The notes beneath the pieces were generated by a model, which was given only the letters and a program-made list of their open reading frames with translations, did no database searches and was not told where the DNA came from. From assembly GCA_043753995.1 (NCBI GenBank), contig JAYUVP010000029.1, positions 1-14,404 of the forward strand: 14,404 nucleotides of DNA, read 5' to 3'. Position 1 is the first letter of the stretch, and each line of letters opens with the position of its first letter. A program made the position numbers and the translations under genes. The stretch comes from Fibrobacterota bacterium. GTDB taxonomy: Bacteria; Fibrobacterota; Fibrobacteria; UBA11236. Shown here piece by piece: positions 1 through 7,024 of this stretch.

Positions 1-63
1 ACCGTGCTATTTTATTGCCTATGAAAAATACAGTGTTTCGGTTTTCTCCGGGCGGCCTTGAGA

Positions 64-69
64 TATAAT
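64..69 (+). promoter_or_regulatory. Putative sigma70-type -10 element (TATAAT) for the first acyltransferase gene
   Basis: Perfect TATAAT at 64-69 in an AT-rich non-coding stretch about 45 nt upstream of the start codon. No convincing -35 hexamer was seen. Confidence 0.4.
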
Positions 70-114
70 ATGCATTTTCCTGAATTTCCCCTCGTTTAAC
101 ACAGGGGATCCGAA

Positions 115-1158
115 TTGAACATGGCGCAAGATCGACGGCTATTGGAGCTGGATGCTTTACGTGGCCTCGCGGCAATGTTTGTTGTTTTATTCCATTTTAC
201 CATGGGTCGGCCTCAAGCGGGGCTTGGATTTAACCTGGGTCTAACTGGGGTGGACCTGTTTTTTATTATCAGTGGATTTGTGATTTTTATGACCATTTCG
301 AAGGTTTCCACAACACGAGAATTTCTAGTGGGTCGAGCGGCGCGACTTTACCCCGCCTATTGGTTTTGTGTAACATTTACATTTTTTCTAATTTGTTTTA
401 CAAAAAATATTTATCACAATGAGCCTGGAATCACAACGGATCTGTTGTGGCAATATTTGATCAATCTTACCATGATCCAACAATTGTTGGGTGTGGAACA
501 CTTGGATGGTCCGTATTGGACTTTAACAATTGAGCTATTGTTTTACGCTTTTGTTGCGATAATTTATCGCATGAAAGGTATTCCCCATTTTTTAGTTATT
601 GGTAGCCTATTTCTTCTACTCATCCTTTGCTACCAGGCTATTCTTAAATTTCAATGGCCCTGGGGTTACGGTGTTTTGCATGGCCGATTCCCTCTTGTGA
701 ATCATTTCCCGCTTTTTTTTGCAGGAACTATTTTTTACACCATTTACCTCAATCAAAAAATCCGGTTTCGAGCTGGATTGTATGCACTTCTTGGGTTATG
801 CCTCATTGTACAGGCGTCTTTGTTTGACAAGGCCGGAAGAGCTCAGCATATCACTCCTAGCCAATATTTCTGGATGCTTTTGCTTTTCTTTATTCTGTTT
901 TCATTATTTGTTCACCGAAAACTTGGTTTCATTGTTTGTAAGCCAACTGTATTTTTGGGGGCTATCTCCTACCCGCTTTACTTAGTTCATCAGTTTCTTG
1001 GGGTAAGCATTATTTTGCCGGGGCTAATAAAAGTTCTCGGCATCAGTTATTGGATTTCCGTTTCTATTGCTCTTGTCGTTGTGCTTTTGATTGCCACCTT
1101 CGTTACTTATACGATTGAGGCTCCGGGAAGGCGACTCATCAGAAAGGCTTTTGCGTGA
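115..1158 (+). CDS. Acyltransferase family 3 (OafA/YrhL-like) integral-membrane O-acyltransferase, no SGNH domain
   Basis: Family motifs LDALRGLAA..VVLFH, GVDLFFIISGFVI, RAARLYPAY, YWTLTIELLFY, LGAISYPLYLVH and IEAP, with many hydrophobic segments. Start is either TTG at 115 (6 nt after AGGGGA at 103-108) or ATG at 121. Confidence 0.92.
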   Translation: MNMAQDRRLLELDALRGLAAMFVVLFHFTMGRPQAGLGFNLGLTGVDLFFIISGFVIFMTISKVSTTREFLVGRAARLYPAYWFCVTFTFFLICFTKNIYHNEPGITTDLLWQYLINLTMIQQLLGVEHLDGPYWTLTIELLFYAFVAIIYRMKGIPHFLVIGSLFLLLILCYQAILKFQWPWGYGVLHGRFPLVNHFPLFFAGTIFYTIYLNQKIRFRAGLYALLGLCLIVQASLFDKAGRAQHITPSQYFWMLLLFFILFSLFVHRKLGFIVCKPTVFLGAISYPLYLVHQFLGVSIILPGLIKVLGISYWISVSIALVVVLLIATFVTYTIEAPGRRLIRKAFA

Positions 1159-1170
1159 GGGCGCATCCAA

Positions 1171-2343
1171 TCAAAAGGCTTTAGCAAAGCGAACCATCGG
1201 TTTTTCAACGAAACGCCACGAAATCTCTCCTGCGCATATCGATATTCCGAGCCCACACAAAGCCACCGAAAAAAGGCTAACCTGTTCTCCAAAGCCAAAT
1301 TTTAATATGACTTTGTTTACAACGATGAGTATCGGAAAGTGCCACAAATATATTCCGAACGAGATTCGGCCAATATACCGCAAGATTCGAATATTTAGTG
1401 CTGTCCCAAAAAAATTGGACACTGGGCAAAATGCAAGGAATACTGATATGAAAAAGGGAAACCATGGAAAATAATATGGGATCGAGTTCAGGAAAAACAT
1501 TTCGGCTAGGTTTAAATCAATTCCTCCACCAAATAAAAATTTCAAAGTATTTGGAAACAGGGAAAGCAATATCCCAAAAACGGAAGCTGCACAAATAAGA
1601 TCCGCTTTTATGGATTTGGCAGTTGATGCTTCCTGTGAGCCGCGAATCCATTCTAAATAGATGCCCCGAGCAATGACTCCCATTAGAAAAATCGGAATCA
1701 TCGCCGAAGCCCCTTTTTGGAAAAACCAAAGCGAGCTATTGCGTTCAAGTTTAGTCATACCGGTATCAAAGTCATACGTGGCGCTCATTTGCAATAAGAG
1801 CGATTGCAGAAGCACGAAGAGCATGCAAATGACCAGAATGGCTGTGATTGATTTCGGTATGGAGCGAAGGCGTTTTGCTAAAACCATTACCGGTAGAAGT
1901 ATGAGATAGCATACCCATTCCATGGGAACCGACCATAGCGGTTCATTGTTTTCCCATAGCATGAAATAAGGTGGGAATATCCAATTCATAAACGTTAAGC
2001 CTAAAACTTCTCGGATCAGCCATTCCTTGTGATTGGATGCGAAGGCCGCAGTCAAGACTAAGCATATCGCGAAACCTGGCCAGATGCGTGCCCATCTTCT
2101 GATGATATAGGTTTTCCAATTCGGCAATGGACTTGCAAATTTCACCGAGTTCCAGAAGGGTCCAGCCAATAAAAAACCACTTAGAAGCAAAAAAACGGCA
2201 ACACCCGCCGAACCCTTATAGGCGAAAAACCGAATGAGGTTTGAGTCCGAACCCATGTGGCTAAGACAGACATGGTGACCGAATACCCATAGGCAAGCCA
2301 GGGCTCTGATTCCATCTAATCCCCTGATGTCGTCGGTTTTCAT
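1171..2343 (-). CDS. Acyltransferase family 3 (OafA/YrhL-like) integral-membrane O-acyltransferase, no SGNH domain
   Basis: Motifs LDGIRALACLWVFGHH, GVAVFLLLSGFLL, RRWARIWP, LWSVPMEWVCY, IGRISFGIYLWH and VEKP; polytopic hydrophobic protein of 390 aa. Confidence 0.92.
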   Translation of the reverse strand: MKTDDIRGLDGIRALACLWVFGHHVCLSHMGSDSNLIRFFAYKGSAGVAVFLLLSGFLLAGPFWNSVKFASPLPNWKTYIIRRWARIWPGFAICLVLTAAFASNHKEWLIREVLGLTFMNWIFPPYFMLWENNEPLWSVPMEWVCYLILLPVMVLAKRLRSIPKSITAILVICMLFVLLQSLLLQMSATYDFDTGMTKLERNSSLWFFQKGASAMIPIFLMGVIARGIYLEWIRGSQEASTAKSIKADLICAASVFGILLSLFPNTLKFLFGGGIDLNLAEMFFLNSIPYYFPWFPFFISVFLAFCPVSNFFGTALNIRILRYIGRISFGIYLWHFPILIVVNKVILKFGFGEQVSLFSVALCGLGISICAGEISWRFVEKPMVRFAKAF

Positions 2344-2398
2344 CGCATCTTCGAATTTGTAATTGTCACCGGCTTTTAACCGATTTCAATCCAGGTGG

Positions 2399-4333
2399 CT
2401 AGACCAAGGCCCCGATGAAATGGTGATGCAATAATTGCATCGATACCATGGACACCACGGCCATGTCGTCGCGCTCGCTCATGCGCCCTTCACCCGCAGC
2501 TACCTTGGTGGCCTTGGCTAATAGTTTTTCCGCCGTGGTTGGCTCGAAATAACCGGCCTTGCGTATGGCTTCGGGGCTGAGCACCTGGGCTGCTACATGA
2601 TTGCGGCCCGATAAGAAACATTGGCTAATGGGCGCGCGATAAGGTTGCTTGGGCCGATTCACGATTTCGGGCGGGAGCATGTCTTGGTAGGCCCGCTTCA
2701 AAATGTTTTTCTCGTCGAGAATGCGGATCTTGTGTTTGGGCGGTATGGTGGCCGCGAATTCGATGAGGCGATGATCCAAGAAGGGCACGCGCCCTTCAAC
2801 CGAATTGCCCATCATCATGCGATCGCCTTGAGACGAAAGCAAATAGCCCGACATGAAGAGGGACATTTCCAAATATTGCGCGCGGCATAGCGGATGCCAG
2901 CTTTTCATTTCGGGGTCGAGATATTTTTCCAAGTCGCCATAAAGCGATTCTTCCGAGCCCATGCTGGCGCGGAAATCGGCGGTGAATAGCGACTTCAATT
3001 GCGCGGTATTGGCCCAACGAATGGAATGCGAGTAATAAGGATTGCCGGTGTCGCTCAAATCCTTTTTGAAAAAAGCCGTCCAAAAGGCCGAGGCCATGCC
3101 GCCGCGATGGGCTTCGGGATGCAAGGAGCCGAGCAAGAGCGGACGCCATTTTGATTCGGGCTGGCGTGCCCAGAAGCGTCGCACCTTGTCTTCGCGGAAA
3201 ATGCTGTAGCCGCCAAAAATCTCGTCGGAACCTTCGCCCGTGAGCACCACCTTGATGCCCGTTTCGCGCACGAGCTTGGCGAGGCTGAGCAGAGGCGCCG
3301 GGGCGGTGCGTATCATCGGCTTTTCCGAGAGGCGAATCACATCGCTGAAGGCTGCGCCGATATCATTGTAGTCGACCTCGATGCTGCGATGATCGGTACC
3401 CAAGAAGTCGACCATTTGCTGCTGATAACCGCGCTCGTCGAAATTCGGATCTTTGAAAGCGACCGAAAAAGTGATGAGGTCGTGATTGTGGAATTTCTTC
3501 ACCAAGGCAGAAATGATGGACGAGTCGAGACCGCCGCTCAAATAAGCCGCCACCGGTACGTCAGCGCGTAATTGCAAGGTGGTGGCATCGTGCATCAAAT
3601 CACGGACGTCGGAAGCCCAGGCCTCGGCAGGACGGTCGGCATATTCTCCCGCACGGGGAAAACGGTGTTTCCAATAGGGATATTCTTTGCGACCCTCCGG
3701 ACCCAAGACGAGCATGTGTCCGGGAGGCAATTCCTTGACGCCTTGAAATACGGTGTCGGGAGGCACATTGGCCCAGAAGGTGAATACCTGGCTAATGCCA
3801 TGGGGATCGATGGCAGCCTTCATTCCCGGATAGGGGAATAAAGCCTTCATTTCCGAGGCGAAGAGCAAGGCTCCGTCCGGTGCTTGGGCATGGAAAAGCG
3901 GGCGTATGCCCACGCGATCGCGGCCTAGAATCAAGCGTTTGGTTTTGTCATCCCAAATGGCGATGGCGAATTGGCCGTTCAGGTGGGTGAATACATCCAA
4001 ACCCCAAGCCGCATAGCCATGCAATATGGTTTCGGTATCGCTATGCGATGCGAAGCGATAGCCCAACCCTTCGAGCTCTTGCCGCAATTCGATGTAATTG
4101 AAGATTTCGCCATTGAAAATCGTCACCACCGACCGATCGGCATTGAACATGGGCTGGGTGCCGCCGCTCAAATCGATAATAGATAGTCGCCTATGGCCAA
4201 AGCCCAGGCCGCTTTGATGATGATAACCTTCGCCGTCAGGCCCGCGATAAGCGAGCGCCCGAGTCATGCTTTGCAAGACTTCGAGCGGCGCTGTTTTGCC
4301 CTGGGGATGAAAAAAACCTGCGATGCCGCACAT
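2399..4333 (-). CDS. asnB: Asparagine synthase (glutamine-hydrolysing) family amidotransferase, copy 1; probably a glycan- or carrier-modifying paralogue
   Basis: N-terminal MCGIAG (Ntn catalytic Cys2), GHRRLSIIDL, FNGEIFNY, SDTE, RDRVGIRPL, PP-loop LSGGLDSS, LTGEGSDEIFGGY, GDRMMMGNSVEGRVPFLD and RPKQPY. Confidence 0.93.
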   Translation of the reverse strand: MCGIAGFFHPQGKTAPLEVLQSMTRALAYRGPDGEGYHHQSGLGFGHRRLSIIDLSGGTQPMFNADRSVVTIFNGEIFNYIELRQELEGLGYRFASHSDTETILHGYAAWGLDVFTHLNGQFAIAIWDDKTKRLILGRDRVGIRPLFHAQAPDGALLFASEMKALFPYPGMKAAIDPHGISQVFTFWANVPPDTVFQGVKELPPGHMLVLGPEGRKEYPYWKHRFPRAGEYADRPAEAWASDVRDLMHDATTLQLRADVPVAAYLSGGLDSSIISALVKKFHNHDLITFSVAFKDPNFDERGYQQQMVDFLGTDHRSIEVDYNDIGAAFSDVIRLSEKPMIRTAPAPLLSLAKLVRETGIKVVLTGEGSDEIFGGYSIFREDKVRRFWARQPESKWRPLLLGSLHPEAHRGGMASAFWTAFFKKDLSDTGNPYYSHSIRWANTAQLKSLFTADFRASMGSEESLYGDLEKYLDPEMKSWHPLCRAQYLEMSLFMSGYLLSSQGDRMMMGNSVEGRVPFLDHRLIEFAATIPPKHKIRILDEKNILKRAYQDMLPPEIVNRPKQPYRAPISQCFLSGRNHVAAQVLSPEAIRKAGYFEPTTAEKLLAKATKVAAGEGRMSERDDMAVVSMVSMQLLHHHFIGALV

Positions 4334-4355
4334 GATCGGTTAGCAGGTCTGAGAC

Positions 4356-5345
4356 TTAGTGCAGGATTTCAGGTATGGCTTCGATCAACTGAGGTCCCAA
4401 GTGCAAGTAGCGTGTGGTGGCGCGCTTGGTGTCTATGTCCTTGAAGACGAGTTTAATGGGGTCTACCGGCACGCCAAGGGTTTGGGCCACGACTTCTGGC
4501 GCTATGCCATGATTCTTGGCATAAAGGCACAAATCCATTTTGTCATAAGGCAACGAGAAATAAAACTCGTCTTGGCCTTGAGGAAGGGAATAGGTGTCCG
4601 TAGTCGGAGGGCGGCGGCGAATTTTTTCAGGCACGCCGAGGAATTCGGCTAGTTGATAAACCTGGGTCTTGTACAAATGGGCAATGGGTTTCAAATCAGC
4701 CGCGCCATCGCCGAGCTTGACGAAAAAACCTTGATCGTATTCGAGGCGATTGGGCGTTCCCGTCACGGCAAAATTCAAGCGATCCGCGTGATAGTATTCC
4801 ATCATTTTGCGAATGCGCTGTTTGAAATTGGTGGCGGCCACAATGCCGAGATAAGCATCTAGAGGCAAGCGCTTTTTAATGGTTTCGCCGCTCGGGGTCT
4901 GCGCGATTATGGAATAAAAATTGATGCCCTTGGTTTCCAAGAAATTGGGGAGCACGATCTTCATTTTCCAGCCCGCGCCGTATTCAGGAATGGCCTTTCG
5001 CACGGAATCATCCAGGCGGCTATAGCAGCCGACGGCGTCAAGCATGGGTGTAAGGATTTCCGCCTTGGAATCGATGCCGAAGTGATTGGAAATGCTCTGG
5101 CTTAGCGAGAGGGTTTCCGACCCGGAATCTCGTTCGGGCATATGCAGGCCAAAGACTCGATCTTTACCGACGGCATGAACGGCCAGAGCGCAGGTCACGG
5201 AGCTATCAATACCGCCGGAAAGGGCGACGATATAGCCGCGACGCTTGAAGCGGATCAAATTTTCTTGCATGACAGCCGCGATTTTCGCGACTTCTTTAGC
5301 GCAATCGATATCAAGAACTTTGGCGGAGAAGGCATTGGTTGACAT
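4356..5345 (-). CDS. nadE: NH3-dependent NAD+ synthetase (NadE)-like ATP pyrophosphatase/amide synthetase; atypical paralogue with an internal insertion
   Basis: PP-loop LSGGIDSS, GLHMPE, NFKQRIRK, GTPNRLE..GFFVKLGDG, PIAHLYKTQVYQLA and PPTTD; no glutaminase (nitrilase) domain. RBS-like AGGA overlaps the ACP stop codon. The family is clear, but the NAD synthetase function is not. Confidence 0.85.
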   Translation of the reverse strand: MSTNAFSAKVLDIDCAKEVAKIAAVMQENLIRFKRRGYIVALSGGIDSSVTCALAVHAVGKDRVFGLHMPERDSGSETLSLSQSISNHFGIDSKAEILTPMLDAVGCYSRLDDSVRKAIPEYGAGWKMKIVLPNFLETKGINFYSIIAQTPSGETIKKRLPLDAYLGIVAATNFKQRIRKMMEYYHADRLNFAVTGTPNRLEYDQGFFVKLGDGAADLKPIAHLYKTQVYQLAEFLGVPEKIRRRPPTTDTYSLPQGQDEFYFSLPYDKMDLCLYAKNHGIAPEVVAQTLGVPVDPIKLVFKDIDTKRATTRYLHLGPQLIEAIPEILH

Positions 5346-5352
5346 GGTAATC

Positions 5353-5616
5353 CTAGCCGTTCAGTTTCTTGACCACAAAGGCGGTCAGGTTATCGACCGA
5401 GTCGAAGTTCGCGGGAAGCAATTCTTGATCTTCGACTTCGATATTCCAAGTCTCTTGCAAGAAGTTCACGAATTCGAGCACGCCGGTGGAGTCGACCATG
5501 CCGGAGTCGAGAAAGGAGTCGCTGTCCTTCACATTGGCGCCTGATCCGCCAAGGAGAAAATTTTGAACCAGGAATCCCCGGATTTTGCCTCTAACTTCCA
5601 CTTCATTTGCCGACAT
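5353..5616 (-). CDS. Acyl/aminoacyl carrier protein (phosphopantetheine attachment at Ser43)
   Basis: 87-aa acidic protein with FLDSGMVDSTGVLEFV (GxxDS motif) and a C-terminal ELLPANFDSVD. Good RBS (AGGGAG, 5628-5623) 6 nt upstream of ATG. Confidence 0.9.
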   Translation of the reverse strand: MSANEVEVRGKIRGFLVQNFLLGGSGANVKDSDSFLDSGMVDSTGVLEFVNFLQETWNIEVEDQELLPANFDSVDNLTAFVVKKLNG

Positions 5617-5743
5617 GACCTTCTCCCTTGATTACGAATTCCACGACTTGAGAATGCACCAAAATAGTTCCTTGCTGCGACATTTGGATTTTCAAACAAG
5701 GGTTATGGTAACTCCTGGCAGGGTTGAAATCCTGTAAACATCT

Positions 5744-6973
5744 TCAAAGGGAAGGCGAACTGGGCGTCCCTCTTTGCGCCAAGATTTCACGAAAGTGTCC
5801 TTCCAGACCTTCGGCGACCGCATCCCAGGTATGCTTGGCGGCATAGGCCACCAGGTCTTGGGCGACCCAAGGCGTGGCGAAAGCCTGCTGCATCCATCGG
5901 GAAAAGGTCGCTGCATTCCGCTCGTCAGCCATGAGGCCTAAGTCGGGTCGGCAAAGGATTTCAGGTACGCCCCAAGTGCGGGTGGCCAAGACGGGCGTGC
6001 CGCAGGCGAGGGCTTCAAGGACGACATTGGGCCAGCCTTCCTTTTCGCTGGCCAGGCAGAAGAGGTCGGCTGCAGAATAATATCGGTAGAGTTCCTGGTT
6101 GAGTACGGCCCCCACAAAGCGCACGGAATCGGTGATACCCAAGGAGGCCGCTTGGGCGCGCAATTGCGGCTCGACATTGCCTTCCTCGCCGCCTTTGCCG
6201 ACAATAACCAAGGTCGTGTCGCGATAGCCCTTTTGATGCAATTCGGCCAAGGCTTGGATGAGGATGTCCACCCCTTTGCGGGCCACTAAGTGGCTGACGG
6301 AAAGCAAAATCTTGCCGGTGGCAGGTAGCCCCAAGGCTTGCCGGGCTTCGGGTTTGGGCAGAGGGAAAAACCGGCTGGCGTCGACGCCATTGGCCGAACG
6401 AAAGCCGGTAGACGCGGGAGCCCCCAGTTTGACAGCGCCATCTACCAAGGCTTGAGCCACGCCGAAATAGCGGTCGGCGTTTTGCAGGGCATAAACGATT
6501 TGCCGCCTTCGGACAGGATACTGTGGCAAGTCATTGATGTCATGGCCTCGCAAAGTGACGCATAGCGGCAATCCCAGCCACCGCTTCAAGAGGGCACCGG
6601 AAAACCCTTCGGGAAAGGCGAGATGACAGTCGATCAAGTCGAAGGACTTCATTTTGTTTACGGCGCGTAGCCAGCGATAGACTCGGAATGCCAAGGTCCA
6701 TCCTTCCAACGGTTTGGCGACGAAGGGCATCGAAAAGAATTTTGGGAAGAAGGTGGGATAGGCATTGCTTTCCGTTGTGAGCGGAATCGCATGTCGATTG
6801 CGATATCGGCCAATGAAATTTTCGCCAGGAAACCAGGGCACGGGCGAGACCACGGTCAAGTCCACTCGCTTTGCAAGTGCGTCCAGCCTTTGCTTGACGA
6901 ATTGTGCATGCACCGGCATGCGAGGATTGGGGAACATGGTGGAGATGGAAAGAACGCGCAGCCGTGAGGTCAT
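5744..6973 (-). CDS. GT4 family (GT-B fold) glycosyltransferase, TuaC-like
   Basis: LRVLSISTMFPNP N-terminus, VSPVPWFP, TLRGHDIN, NGVD, RKGVDILI and the EX7E motif EGWPNVVLEALACGTPV. Start moved to ATG at 6973 (MTSRLRVL) because the longer ORF to 7111 overlaps the divergent gene. Confidence 0.9.
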   Translation of the reverse strand: MTSRLRVLSISTMFPNPRMPVHAQFVKQRLDALAKRVDLTVVSPVPWFPGENFIGRYRNRHAIPLTTESNAYPTFFPKFFSMPFVAKPLEGWTLAFRVYRWLRAVNKMKSFDLIDCHLAFPEGFSGALLKRWLGLPLCVTLRGHDINDLPQYPVRRRQIVYALQNADRYFGVAQALVDGAVKLGAPASTGFRSANGVDASRFFPLPKPEARQALGLPATGKILLSVSHLVARKGVDILIQALAELHQKGYRDTTLVIVGKGGEEGNVEPQLRAQAASLGITDSVRFVGAVLNQELYRYYSAADLFCLASEKEGWPNVVLEALACGTPVLATRTWGVPEILCRPDLGLMADERNAATFSRWMQQAFATPWVAQDLVAYAAKHTWDAVAEGLEGHFREILAQRGTPSSPSL

Positions 6974-7009
6974 GTTTAGGTCGGTCGCCGATGGGGATAA
7001 GGGTTCGGC

Positions 7010-7022
7010 GCTATATTTTAGC
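7010..7022. promoter_or_regulatory. Putative bidirectional promoter core with overlapping -10-like elements (TATATT on +, TAAAAT on -)
   Basis: GCTATATTTTAGC is the most AT-rich patch in the 51-bp gap between two divergent starts (6973 and 7025) and is an imperfect palindrome. Confidence 0.45.
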
Positions 7023-7024
7023 TT

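Noticed and set aside
713..720. T8 tract in the first acyltransferase (also T8 at 13674-13681 and A7 near 4310-4316) as phase-variation sites
   Set aside because: The tracts are short, in frame and explained by Phe or Lys codons; nothing indicates slippage.
2344..2398. Weak hairpin and TTGAAA..GACAAT promoter-like words between asnB and the second AT3 gene
   Set aside because: The stem relies on G-U pairs and has no U-tract, and the promoter match is poor, so neither a terminator nor a promoter can be supported.
5692..5916. 74-aa minus-strand ORF extending into the GT4-ACP spacer (possible small peptide or RiPP precursor)
   Set aside because: It mostly overlaps the GT4 gene in another frame, with no RBS or leader-peptide features. 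AsnB-like lasso cyclases need B proteins, which are absent, and both AsnB copies have intact glutaminase domains.
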